From the IMG/VR virus record IMGVR_UViG_3300038321_000129, positions 1-34,117 of that record: a stretch of DNA of 34,117 bases; one strand, 5' to 3'. Shown in pieces: positions 6,744 through 15,945 of the stretch (position 1 is its first letter; each line of letters opens with the position of its first letter). The translations under genes and the position numbers were made by a program. The notes under the pieces are model-generated. The model saw only the letters and a program-made list of their open reading frames with translations, did no database searches and was not told where the DNA came from. Origin of the DNA: a virus.

Positions 6744-9361
6744 ACGTTGGTACATTAAACGCATATTTAAAACTGGACTCGACCCAGTTCACCGCGGCAT
6801 TACTCGCGGCACAAGCTAAAACTCAAGAGTTTTCAGCGAGTATCGTTGCATCCGGCAAAGTAGTTTCATCGTTCGGGTCTAAGTTGATGATAGGCGTTAC
6901 CGCCCCTCTAACTATCATGGGAGCGCTTGCTGTTAAGACCGCGGCGTCATTCGATGACTCGATGAGACAGGTTCAAGCCGTCACAGGTGCGACCGGCGAA
7001 CAGTTCGACATGCTCAGGCAACAGGCTATAGATCTGGGTGCGTCTACTGCTTGGTCTGCGTCAGAGTCCGCAGATGCAATGCGGTATCTTGGTATGGCAG
7101 GGCTTACCGTCAATGAAGTTTACGAAGCCACACCGCAGATGTTATCTCTTGCATCCGCCGGTATGCTTGATCTTGGAACAGCCGCCGATATAGCAACCAA
7201 TGTATTATCCGGGTTCGGTCTGACAGTTGCAGATTTAGCGCACGTATCCGATATACTCGCGCAAGCATCTTCAACGTCTAATACATCTGTGGAACAGTTA
7301 GGATCCGCAATGGCTTATGTGGGTCCAGTGGCATCCTCCGCCAGTCAATCCATTGAGATGACGACCGCCGCGATCCAGATTATGAGCAACGCCGGTATTC
7401 AAGGCACGATGGCAGGAACGGCGTTACGAGGCGCACTGACCGGGTTGTTATCTCCCACGAAAGAAGCCACGGATATCCTTGCTTCATACGGCATAACCGC
7501 CGCAGAAGTCAATCCAGAAGTGCACTCATTGTCTGAAATTGTAGACGTTCTCGGCACTGCTGGATTATCAACTGCAGACGCTATGGTTATCTTTGGAGAC
7601 CGTGCGGGCCCGGGTATGTTGACACTGCTTGCCGCTGGGAGTCAGACGATCGACGAATACACCGCCGCGCTTGAAGATTGTGACGGTGCCGCCCAGACAG
7701 CGGCGGAAACCATGGAAGGCGGTTTAGGGGCTTCGTTTAGAGAGTTAGAAGGGAAAATTGAAACATTATCTATTACATTTGGTGACCTGTTAGCCGATGC
7801 TCTTATGCCGGTTATTGTGGCAATAGGGGATATGGCGGATTGGTTATCCAGTCTCGACGAAGGCACACAGCGGGTTATTGTGGTTACTGCTCTATTCGCC
7901 GCGGGGTTAGGTCCCGCGTTATGGGCGGTGGGTTCCTTGGCGTCGGGAGTAGGCGCGCTGATTACTGTGTATGGAGCATATCAAGCGTCAACGATCGCCG
8001 CAACCATTGCGACAAAAGGCTTAACCGTCGCGATAATGACAAACCCTGTTGGGCTTGCGGTTGTCGGTGTTGCGGCACTTGCCGCCGCGTTATTGCCTCT
8101 GATATTACGCACGGATGACGCGAAAGTATCTCAGGTGGAGTATAATAAAGCACTTACCGATACACCGAACGTCACCAAAGTTGCAGACGATGAGTTAAAT
8201 ACCTATATTGAGACCCTCATCAAGGCACGGGATGAAACACAGGCTATTATTGATGTCCTTGAAGGTAATAAAACAGCAAATGACAATTTAACCCATTCAG
8301 TCCGTGAGCAAACCGACGCGCTTAGATATCTTAGTGATAATCAGAAAGCCGTGGTTGCGTCAAACCTTGAGTTAAAACTCGCCGAAGAGGACGCCGCTAT
8401 TGCCATATACATGACGGAGCAGGCGACAAGGTCTCTCGCGTCCGGGGCAAAAACCGCATACGACGAAGCGACTAAATCAGTCACTGCCCACAAAAAAGAG
8501 GTGTCTAATTTACAGTCTGAATACGACGACCTTAAAGACACCATCGACCGTGCGCTTGGCATCGACAAAGAAATCGAAGTGGCAGACCGTTCTGTAGAAC
8601 GTGCCGATATCAGTCTGATACGAGCGAAACGGGATTTAGACAATATCCGCAAAGAGATTGAAGAAGCGCGTAGTTCGGGGTCTACCGATGATATTGCGGG
8701 CTTGCTCCTCCGTGAACGGTCGGCAGTACTCGATGTAGCCGATGCAGAAGATCGTTACGAAGAAGCACTCGCCAAAGCGTCAACAGTGCAGGCGGACAAG
8801 GTAGATATCGAAAAGAAACTTAACGGGGAAAGTATCAGCAGTGCTCAGGACAGATTAGAGAGTCTCGCCACTCAGCTCAAAACCGAACAGATTGACCTTG
8901 AGAACGCACTCGCGGCGCAGGAAGAAGCGCAGGTAGCCCATGAGAATCTGATGAATCAGATAGATACTGATGCGCTCGCTACAAAGTCCGCAAACTGGGC
9001 GACGTATGTGAAGTATGTCGCCGATAATCCCGCGATAGCCGCGACGTATCATGTGGAATACGACGCTAACGGCAATGCTATTGGCGGATTACCTCAGATA
9101 CCTACTGTCACGGAAGTAACGACACCAACATATGCATCATTACCAACATATAACACGTTACCTACAGACGGATTGCCGAGTATTACACAGGGGTCTATGT
9201 CGGGTGTAATAGGGGGAGAGACCGCACAGACAGGTCAGCCAGTAGTAACCAACAATCCGACGGTTATAGTTAACGCGCAGACCAACGCAGACCCGAACGA
9301 GATTGCTATAGTGGCAACTCGGGAAGCGCGCAGGTTATACACTGGGGGGTATGGTATATGA
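6734..9361 (+). CDS. Tail tape measure protein.
   Basis: 875 aa. TP901-type core (AFDDSMRQVQAVTGATGEQFDMLRQQAIDLGASTAWSASESADAMRYLGMAGL). Central hydrophobic segments. Coiled-coil C-terminal half. Confidence 0.9.
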   Translation: MSLDVGTLNAYLKLDSTQFTAALLAAQAKTQEFSASIVASGKVVSSFGSKLMIGVTAPLTIMGALAVKTAASFDDSMRQVQAVTGATGEQFDMLRQQAIDLGASTAWSASESADAMRYLGMAGLTVNEVYEATPQMLSLASAGMLDLGTAADIATNVLSGFGLTVADLAHVSDILAQASSTSNTSVEQLGSAMAYVGPVASSASQSIEMTTAAIQIMSNAGIQGTMAGTALRGALTGLLSPTKEATDILASYGITAAEVNPEVHSLSEIVDVLGTAGLSTADAMVIFGDRAGPGMLTLLAAGSQTIDEYTAALEDCDGAAQTAAETMEGGLGASFRELEGKIETLSITFGDLLADALMPVIVAIGDMADWLSSLDEGTQRVIVVTALFAAGLGPALWAVGSLASGVGALITVYGAYQASTIAATIATKGLTVAIMTNPVGLAVVGVAALAAALLPLILRTDDAKVSQVEYNKALTDTPNVTKVADDELNTYIETLIKARDETQAIIDVLEGNKTANDNLTHSVREQTDALRYLSDNQKAVVASNLELKLAEEDAAIAIYMTEQATRSLASGAKTAYDEATKSVTAHKKEVSNLQSEYDDLKDTIDRALGIDKEIEVADRSVERADISLIRAKRDLDNIRKEIEEARSSGSTDDIAGLLLRERSAVLDVADAEDRYEEALAKASTVQADKVDIEKKLNGESISSAQDRLESLATQLKTEQIDLENALAAQEEAQVAHENLMNQIDTDALATKSANWATYVKYVADNPAIAATYHVEYDANGNAIGGLPQIPTVTEVTTPTYASLPTYNTLPTDGLPSITQGSMSGVIGGETAQTGQPVVTNNPTVIVNAQTNADPNEIAIVATREARRLYTGGYGI

Positions 9362-10239
9362 CCACTTTAAACCAACCATACGGTATGATAGGTTCAAACG
9401 GCAAACTGTTACAGTTTGACGGGGTTAAATATAGTCTACTCGTTGACGGGTTAACTGGATTATCTCATTATCCCGTGTCCCACGACTCTACCGCGACCCC
9501 TGGGATGATAGGCGAATTGTATCATACCTCGACGATAGGCAAGCGATTATTGTCGTTTGTTCTGATGGTTTACGGTGCAAATCGTGCCGAACTTGAGACT
9601 AACAGAAGCGCGTTTATCACGGCAATTAATCCTATTTACGGCAAAAGCGCATTGCTTTGGAAACGCGCTGATGGAATTATCGTTAAGCTTGAGGTTATTC
9701 CTGATGATGGGACCCCGTCGTTTAGAAACGATGTCTTAGATAATGCCACGTCATGGAAGGGATACTGCGATTTTATCGCGTTTGACCCGTGTTATTATGA
9801 TGAAAATGAGGTGGAAGCCAATGTAATGGGGTATATTGGCGGGTTTACGTTACCGTTTACCGTGCCGTTTACTCTCGGAACCGCTGACGACCTCGCGTCA
9901 CTCTACAACACTGGCGATACTCCGACGCCATGTATCATTACGCTGACCGGGATGATGGAGAACCCGATCGTTACGAACATTACCACGGGCGAATTTATCT
10001 CGGTGAAACAGACGGTAGCGGACACGGAAACGCTTATTATCAATACGAAGTATGGTAGTAAATCAGTTACTTTGATTGATTCGGACGACGTAGAAACAAA
10101 CGCGTTAAACTATGTGACAAGCACGAGCAAGTTTTTCCAGCTTGTTCCGGGACTTAACACAATTAGGTTTACCGCAACAACTCAGGGGATTAATGCGAGT
10201 GGTAAACTTGTGTATAATCCTAGGTGGATATCATTATGA
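9358..10239 (+). CDS. Distal tail protein (Dit)-like.
   Basis: 293 aa. Coupled directly to the tape measure stop. Canonical siphovirus position. Confidence 0.5.
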   Translation: MTTLNQPYGMIGSNGKLLQFDGVKYSLLVDGLTGLSHYPVSHDSTATPGMIGELYHTSTIGKRLLSFVLMVYGANRAELETNRSAFITAINPIYGKSALLWKRADGIIVKLEVIPDDGTPSFRNDVLDNATSWKGYCDFIAFDPCYYDENEVEANVMGYIGGFTLPFTVPFTLGTADDLASLYNTGDTPTPCIITLTGMMENPIVTNITTGEFISVKQTVADTETLIINTKYGSKSVTLIDSDDVETNALNYVTSTSKFFQLVPGLNTIRFTATTQGINASGKLVYNPRWISL

Positions 10240-12017
10240 CAACACTTAAAACAATGTATGATGGCGTGGCCGGTTCGCCAGAAACTATTATAACCGTCCA
10301 GTATGTAGCGGGGGTATCTCCAACCATCACGGTTGAAGACGCATCCGTTTTACCGGACGCCCCTAACCGGGTTGTATTGCAGAGATCATCGGATTCGGCG
10401 TTTGTAACCGTCTTTTACGGCACTCGTGTGGCTAATATATTGGGTTCCCTGACACCCGAAGCAGGTTTTACTGGGACTTTCCCGGTAGGCTCAACCGCGG
10501 CGCGCAGGTTTACCGAAGGAGACCATAAAGAACTTAGAGATAATATCACTACTCTCAACTCTGATAAATTAGACATCGCACAAGGCGCAGGCAATGCATC
10601 TAAGATAGTTGTAACCAATGCATCTGGGAATGTGACCACTCTCGCGAAAAAGACCGCGTTTAATTCCGACCTTGCCACTGAAAAGCCTCTTATGGATGGT
10701 AATGCGGAAGTAGGAACGTCTATCAAGGTTGCGAAAGAGGACCACAGACACCCAAGAGATTCTGTATTGCAGAGTCAGATTGACTTTATAAACACCCTTA
10801 ATTCACCGATCATCGGCGTGCAGTGGGATACCACTTCGACCAATCCTGTTCTGACCCGCATAGATGTTGCTGGAAATGCTCTTGGATCAATGACAACTGC
10901 CGATTTTGACAAGCACATCTTGTTTGGCGGTCGGTGGCGGTGCGTGAGGAATAGGACAACGGGAAAATACACGTTTGGTACAAATGCTCGTGGAGATGGT
11001 CTCACGCTTGATGGGACAGCTGGCGATGTAACAGTCAGAGAACCCGTCGCCTATGTGAAAGCAGATTATGATGTTGCCGGGACAGGAATTGCCAGGTATT
11101 GGGTGTCTCCGCGTCCGGCAGCAGGATTTGTCGTCCACCCATTCTGGATGCAACGCAACAACGGTATTGCATCTCCGGTTGCCTATTCTGGCGCGTATGA
11201 ATCGTATGGATATCTCGACGGGAGCACATTTAAAATCGGCTCAGCATCTGGGAAACAGCCGATTACGGGCGGGGTTGCATACCCAGACCTGCCGAACTCT
11301 GGTAGGTTTAACATATCGGATGCGGAAACCTATGCCAATAATATCACAGGGACAATTCGGAGCGGCATCGAAAACATCTGGAATTATTCTGCATCTCAGT
11401 TGCTGATGTACATCGAGTTTGGCACGTTCGATCTTCAGACGGCACTCGGGAAAGGCATTGTTGACCTTGAGTCTGGAACTGATTTCGCCGGGAAGCTTAC
11501 CGGCGCGGATGACATAGACTCGCGCCTGGCGGAAAATGGGACCGGCACGGGGTCAGGTGTAGATGGGCAGACTCCTATCTGCTGGCGTGGAAAAGAAAAT
11601 CCGTGGGGCAACTGTTACAAGTTTAATATCGGTGCGAACGTTTACGTAGACGGCTCGGTCAGACTGCTTAAGCGTGATGGTACTGGCACTCCCGCGGCGA
11701 CACTTGCGGCAGGGTCGTATGATACTGTTACTGGTCCAATTGCATTGACGTCAGGATATATCTCGGCAACATTGCAGGACGATGTGTCCAACATCGCATT
11801 TTTGCCGGCATCGGTTGCGGGGGGTGGGTCAGCGTATTATCTCTGTGATTATTATTCTGTAGTAACGGCAAACGGAAACATCCTGCGTGCGGGGGGCTAT
11901 TGGAACGCTGGGCTGGCTGCGGGTCCCGGTTATCGTTCTGCGGATAGCGCGCCTTCGGCTTCCTATCGTACTATCTCCGCCCGCCTCGAGTTTTATCCAG
12001 AAGGAGGTGAAGTGTAA
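10236..12017 (+). CDS. Tail-associated or receptor-binding protein with a lectin/FGE-like C-terminus.
   Basis: Start chosen at the ATGA overlap with an aggtgg SD (the track start 10224 is also possible). Fibre-type motif AKEDHRHPRD. The C-terminal GGYWNAGLAAGPGYRSADSAPSASYRTISARLEF resembles C-type-lectin/FGE-fold tips. Confidence 0.5.
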   Translation: MTTLKTMYDGVAGSPETIITVQYVAGVSPTITVEDASVLPDAPNRVVLQRSSDSAFVTVFYGTRVANILGSLTPEAGFTGTFPVGSTAARRFTEGDHKELRDNITTLNSDKLDIAQGAGNASKIVVTNASGNVTTLAKKTAFNSDLATEKPLMDGNAEVGTSIKVAKEDHRHPRDSVLQSQIDFINTLNSPIIGVQWDTTSTNPVLTRIDVAGNALGSMTTADFDKHILFGGRWRCVRNRTTGKYTFGTNARGDGLTLDGTAGDVTVREPVAYVKADYDVAGTGIARYWVSPRPAAGFVVHPFWMQRNNGIASPVAYSGAYESYGYLDGSTFKIGSASGKQPITGGVAYPDLPNSGRFNISDAETYANNITGTIRSGIENIWNYSASQLLMYIEFGTFDLQTALGKGIVDLESGTDFAGKLTGADDIDSRLAENGTGTGSGVDGQTPICWRGKENPWGNCYKFNIGANVYVDGSVRLLKRDGTGTPAATLAAGSYDTVTGPIALTSGYISATLQDDVSNIAFLPASVAGGGSAYYLCDYYSVVTANGNILRAGGYWNAGLAAGPGYRSADSAPSASYRTISARLEFYPEGGEV

Positions 12018-12304
12018 TGATAGTCCAATCGTGCGAATACCCCGAAACAATACGGATTGATGTCATCAAAAACGGAGCCGCCAGATTATTATGTAGGTGG
12101 GACGTCCGAGAGATTGAGGTAAAAACAGACGATGAATCGCACACAGAATACGCGTATCAGGAAGAAGTCATTTGGTGGGCGTTGCCACTCAGAGAACACG
12201 TTGAGCGGGTCAATGGTCGGCAGGTCATCACTGATGTAGGACGTCAGTATATCGCAGACCACGCGGACGAGATCACTGAGTGGGCTATGACGGCGGGAGT
12301 TTGA
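12017..12304 (+). CDS. Hypothetical tail-module protein.
   Basis: 95 aa. Start overlaps the upstream stop (TAATG). Confidence 0.6.
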   Translation: MIVQSCEYPETIRIDVIKNGAARLLCRWDVREIEVKTDDESHTEYAYQEEVIWWALPLREHVERVNGRQVITDVGRQYIADHADEITEWAMTAGV

Positions 12305-12312
12305 CACCCTAA

Positions 12313-13089
12313 ATGCCTCTTGATTACGATACTGATAGATACGATGTTGGTGGATTTTCCACCACCCGCACATTACCTATACCACACCTTCTCGATTACG
12401 ATACGGATAGTTATGATGCTGGTGGATTTTCCACCACGCCGACCCCTATATTACCCTCATCATATCTAATCACCGCGCCAGAAATCCGTATATGTGACGA
12501 GAATTATATCCCGCGGATTGTCCTTGACGGATACAAAAATCTAACTTATACAGAACGACACAGAAACAGGGATTCATGGAGCTTTGAAGTATCCCGGCAA
12601 TCTAACTATGCACAATACCTCATCAAAGGACGAATTATACATTACGTTACTGGTGATTCTGTATATGCTTTGATTATCAAACAGATAGACGCAACCAAGG
12701 ATACTATCACGGTATCCGGCAACGAATACGCAGACGATTTATTATCCGCGAGGATTGCGCTTGTAGGCGTCCATGCCGGAGATGGCACGGACACAATACA
12801 GGATACCGCGGAAACCGCGTTTCGGCACTATGTCAACGGCAATATCATAGAAGCTACAGACACATATAGGCGTGACCCATTTCTGACTCTGGAACCTATA
12901 GATTATGGACGCGGCGAAACCGTGACGATATCAGCAAGATTCGATAATTTGCTTGACCTTTGCGAATCCATCGGGTCACTTGGAGGTATCGGGTGGCGGT
13001 CTGTAGTTGTAGACGACGACACAAAAGCGTGGGGTTGGTCTATCGTTATGTCCGTCGTTGAAGGAACCGATAAAGGGGAGGTAGTATAA
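12313..13089 (+). CDS. Baseplate or tail protein with a duplicated N-terminal LDYDTDxYDxGGFSTT module.
   Basis: 258 aa. The 24-aa module occurs twice (nt 12319-12366 and 12391-12438). Confidence 0.6.
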   Translation: MPLDYDTDRYDVGGFSTTRTLPIPHLLDYDTDSYDAGGFSTTPTPILPSSYLITAPEIRICDENYIPRIVLDGYKNLTYTERHRNRDSWSFEVSRQSNYAQYLIKGRIIHYVTGDSVYALIIKQIDATKDTITVSGNEYADDLLSARIALVGVHAGDGTDTIQDTAETAFRHYVNGNIIEATDTYRRDPFLTLEPIDYGRGETVTISARFDNLLDLCESIGSLGGIGWRSVVVDDDTKAWGWSIVMSVVEGTDKGEVV

Positions 13090-13580
13090 TGAGCTGGGTT
13101 ATTTTAAGTGAAGAGATGGGCACTGCGGTATTATCCCGGTTCGTTGATACTATCCCGGAATGCACGGTGGCGGTCGTTGGAGGTCAGGGAGAAGCCGCGT
13201 TACGAACCATACAGTATGTTGGTGATACAACCCTAACCGGGATTGGACGGCGGGAAGTATTCGTAGACGCGAGACACGCCAATACGCCAGACCTTCTGAC
13301 GACAGCGGGAGAAAAAGAGATCGCGGCGAATGTAGGGACCGTTATCGAAATGCGGTTTGCGGACTCATTAGGATGTGTCTACGGTGAAGATTTTAATCTT
13401 GGAGATATCGTCACGGTCGACGCGGATATATATGGGAAATATGATATCGAAGTTGTTTCAGCCGAAATCTACTATACTGCAAACAAGAGAGATATTATTA
13501 TAGTCCTTGGGAGTGAATCTACTAATATAGTCCGAATGATTAAGGACGTATCAAAGAACAATCCAGTATTACGGGTGTAA
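13089..13580 (+). CDS. Baseplate or tail protein.
   Basis: 163 aa. Coupled (TAATG) to the upstream gene. Confidence 0.55.
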   Translation: MSWVILSEEMGTAVLSRFVDTIPECTVAVVGGQGEAALRTIQYVGDTTLTGIGRREVFVDARHANTPDLLTTAGEKEIAANVGTVIEMRFADSLGCVYGEDFNLGDIVTVDADIYGKYDIEVVSAEIYYTANKRDIIIVLGSESTNIVRMIKDVSKNNPVLRV

Positions 13581-13583
13581 ATT

Positions 13584-14732
13584 ATGGTAGTTAAATCAGG
13601 ATTTTTTAGTGATGGATCAAGTTATAATCAAGCAGATTTTAACGCGTTCCTTCTCGATTCGATTGGATCGGGGTATGTATTAGGATATGGAAATGAGTTA
13701 AGAGTATCGGCAAACACACCGGCTAATATGGGTGTGCATGTTAAGACCGGACGGTGTTACATACAAGGGTATTACGGGTGGATTACTGCCAACGAAGCGT
13801 TGACCGTGCCGACTGCTGACGCCACAAACCCGCGTATTGATAGGGTAGTTGCACGGCTGAGTGTATCCGTCAATCAGTCCGTTACGTTCGCTGTATTGAC
13901 CGGCACTCCAGCGACGACACCGACAGCGCCGGCACTTACCCGGACGTCCGAGACTTATGAGATATCATTAGCACAGATAGCCGTTGGCGCAGGGGTAACA
14001 TCTATCGGCGCGGGAGATATCACCGACGAACGCGCGGACGCTACTGTATGTGGTGTTGCAGGCGTAAAACATTCGTGGAGTTATTTAAATAATGTTGTAA
14101 TAGACGTTTCAGGGATGACGGTGGACGCCGGTGTAAATGACCGTGACCCCGTCTATTTCAACGGAACAAAATGGGTTGTTGCCACATCTGGCGCGGTTGG
14201 ATTTTACGACGAAGCAAACGCCGCTGTAATCACTGCGGGATATTTAGATGGGTTTACGGGACTAACACCGGGCGCGATTGTCGGGAATAGAGGTGTGGCA
14301 CTTACAACGACTGAAATCGTGGTTTTGGATTCGCCAATTAATAATAGCGGGGTTAAGCAAGTTGGCGCGATTACAGGGACATTAACTGGGAGCGCATCTA
14401 AATTTAATGGGGATACACCCGCGGAATATGCCGCAAAACTCAAATGTGTAATAAACTCCACTCAACCATCAACAGATTATTATACATATCATACAACTAA
14501 CATAAACCCACTACTATTTCCAGCCCCATTAAAAAGCAATACTAGTGTTAATGTATATAGTCAAACAAATAGTAATTCTGTAGGGTATATTGATGCTACT
14601 GGTTTACACCACTCACTGTTATCATGGGATGTTGGGCCGCGTACTGTAACTATACCTGCGGGAGCTATAGGTATTGTGGGAATGACCGGCAACGGTGTTT
14701 ATCTCAACATGTATTTTACATTCACGGTATGA
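13584..14732 (+). CDS. Tail fibre or receptor-binding protein.
   Basis: 382 aa. Last gene of the structural block. A/G/T/V-rich body with an AT-rich C-terminal tip. Confidence 0.55.
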   Translation: MVVKSGFFSDGSSYNQADFNAFLLDSIGSGYVLGYGNELRVSANTPANMGVHVKTGRCYIQGYYGWITANEALTVPTADATNPRIDRVVARLSVSVNQSVTFAVLTGTPATTPTAPALTRTSETYEISLAQIAVGAGVTSIGAGDITDERADATVCGVAGVKHSWSYLNNVVIDVSGMTVDAGVNDRDPVYFNGTKWVVATSGAVGFYDEANAAVITAGYLDGFTGLTPGAIVGNRGVALTTTEIVVLDSPINNSGVKQVGAITGTLTGSASKFNGDTPAEYAAKLKCVINSTQPSTDYYTYHTTNINPLLFPAPLKSNTSVNVYSQTNSNSVGYIDATGLHHSLLSWDVGPRTVTIPAGAIGIVGMTGNGVYLNMYFTFTV

Positions 14733-14750
14733 TGATGTCAAATATCTAAT

Positions 14751-14756
14751 AAAAAA
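14751..14756 (-). terminator. Oligo-T tract (T6 on the minus strand) after the last minus-strand gene.
   Basis: The plus strand reads aaaaaa 12 nt beyond the stop of 14768..15220. It lies between the two convergent blocks. Confidence 0.35.
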
Positions 14757-14767
14757 GATTTAGAGGA

Positions 14768-15220
14768 TTATTCCTCTATTTTTTCAACTGAGTATGTCAC
14801 GGTCTCTTTTACGTCGATGTCAACGTATGGCAACGAGTTTGATTTGCTACCAGTCATAACATCGAGTTCGGTCAACCCAACCTCGTAGTGGTTCAGTGCA
14901 TCCTGTTTATACCGGTCTTTGTCACAGTCTGGGATATCAACTGATTTATAAACAAACTTCCCGCCTGTAAATATGAGGTCCGGGTTAAGCTCAATGATAC
15001 GGTCGATGATAACCCTCCGCATTTCCCTGGTCTTGCGGTTAACCTGTAACCGGTATTCCCCGATACTCTGCGCTCCGTTCGCTGACTTGATATACGCCTC
15101 CTTCTGGATTTCAAGGGAACTGATTTTCGCGGTAATGGTCTTAAGCTGGTCGTTGAGCTGGGTTAGTTGTGAGTCTATCTTGTAGACTCGCTCGTATGGG
15201 TTTTCTTCAAGTTCAATCAT
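14768..15220 (-). CDS. Hypothetical protein with an N-terminal coiled coil.
   Basis: 150 aa. Heptad-like N-terminus (SQLTQLNDQLKTITAKISSLEIQKEAY). Confidence 0.6.
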   Translation of the reverse strand: MIELEENPYERVYKIDSQLTQLNDQLKTITAKISSLEIQKEAYIKSANGAQSIGEYRLQVNRKTREMRRVIIDRIIELNPDLIFTGGKFVYKSVDIPDCDKDRYKQDALNHYEVGLTELDVMTGSKSNSLPYVDIDVKETVTYSVEKIEE

Positions 15221-15318
15221 TCTTCTTTTTCCTCCGCGATAATAATATCTGGTTGTGCTTTTGCTCTCATCTCGTTTCGTTTTGCTTGTTCGGTGTCTGC
15301 GTCTATGATTTGGTTCAT
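15217..15318 (-). CDS. Hypothetical micro-protein (33 aa; below the ORF-track cutoff).
   Basis: MNQIIDADTEQAKRNEMRAKAQPDIIIAEEKEE. ATGA overlap with the downstream gene. Starts 4 nt after the stop of the upstream gene. Confidence 0.4.
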   Translation of the reverse strand: MNQIIDADTEQAKRNEMRAKAQPDIIIAEEKEE

Positions 15319-15322
15319 GGTT

Positions 15323-15577
15323 TTAGTCCTCGTGCTGTTTTTTTGAGAGGTTTTTAACAATTTGGATATATTTGGTAAAGCTCGCATCTAAATTAACTAT
15401 TACAGAAAATACCGATTCAACTTCTTTAAGATCGTCGGTGTTCATATGCCCACAAATACGCGCCCCGTTGATAAGACCTATCATATATGAGTATTCCTCA
15501 TCACTCATTGGTCGTGTTGCTCGTCCAACAGTGCGCATTTCGGCTTCAAATCCTTTTGCAAATGTTTCAGATATCAT
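15323..15577 (-). CDS. Hypothetical protein (84 aa from ATG 15577; alternative start 15616).
   Basis: A ggag SD sits 6 nt upstream of ATG 15577. ATG 15616 has no SD and abuts a hairpin. Confidence 0.5.
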   Translation of the reverse strand: MISETFAKGFEAEMRTVGRATRPMSDEEYSYMIGLINGARICGHMNTDDLKEVESVFSVIVNLDASFTKYIQIVKNLSKKQHED

Positions 15578-15618
15578 TGTTTTCTCCGTGCTCCTGTCAC
15601 GCATGACGGGGAGCATTC

Positions 15619-15649
15619 CGGGAAAATATAAAAAATTTAGAATTTCCCG
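15619..15649 (-). terminator. Intergenic hairpin (cgggaaa-N17-tttcccg) with T6 in the loop. Possible attenuator or terminator.
   Basis: 7-bp GC-containing stem spanning the stop codon of 15637..15879. Confidence 0.3.
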
Positions 15650-15879
15650 AGTTCTATACTTTCCCAGTTCCCCTGATCGATAACTCTATTTACATTGAAT
15701 GAATGGTATCTTACTACAATGTAGATTTTTTGTTCTCCAAGTTCTGGGTGTTCGTTGTCAATACCAGTAACATCTAAAGAAACCATTGTATTATCATAAC
15801 TTGTGTTCTTTACTGTGAATCCTTTTGCCGAGTATTTTTCTGCAAGTTCTTTCCCTTTTTCCTGTTGAAGTTTTGTCAT
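15637..15879 (-). CDS. Hypothetical protein (80 aa). First gene downstream of IR-A.
   Basis: Preceded by the conserved leader hairpin and SD (aggagaaactaaaATG-type). Confidence 0.65.
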   Translation of the reverse strand: MTKLQQEKGKELAEKYSAKGFTVKNTSYDNTMVSLDVTGIDNEHPELGEQKIYIVVRYHSFNVNRVIDQGNWESIELGKF

Positions 15880-15911
15880 TTTAGTTTCTCCATGTAGTTT
15901 GTCTTACTACA
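15880..15911 (-). promoter_or_regulatory. Conserved 5' leader hairpin plus SD, copy A.
   Basis: mRNA sense tgtagtaagacaaactacatggagaaactaaaATG. 6-bp stem tgtagt/actaca. Confidence 0.55.
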
Positions 15912-15930
15912 TATACTCTATTAGCTCTTA

Positions 15931-15945
15931 AAGTATATATACTTA
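15931..15945. promoter_or_regulatory. Palindromic TATA-like motif AAGTATATATACTTA.
   Basis: Exact consensus. Centre lies 59 nt upstream of ATG 15879. Confidence 0.55.

Noticed and set aside
7642-9052. Several ORFs overlapping the tape measure gene (7642..7866, 7840..8118, 7962..8153, 8341..8652, 8855..9052).
   Set aside because: The tape measure reading frame is continuous and motif-supported. The overlapping ORFs have no independent signals.
10415-11406. A cluster of antisense and off-frame ORFs in the 10236..12017 tail gene.
   Set aside because: Same reasoning: there are no start signals and the sequences are biased.
11850-12017. Possible diversity-generating retroelement target. The lectin/FGE-like C-terminus of the tail protein resembles DGR variable regions.
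   Set aside because: I found no reverse transcriptase ORF and no second near-identical template repeat anywhere in the window.
14768-15220. Possible Mu Gam-like (DNA-end-binding) assignment for the coiled-coil protein.
   Set aside because: I have only a vague resemblance in architecture and no motif I can point to.
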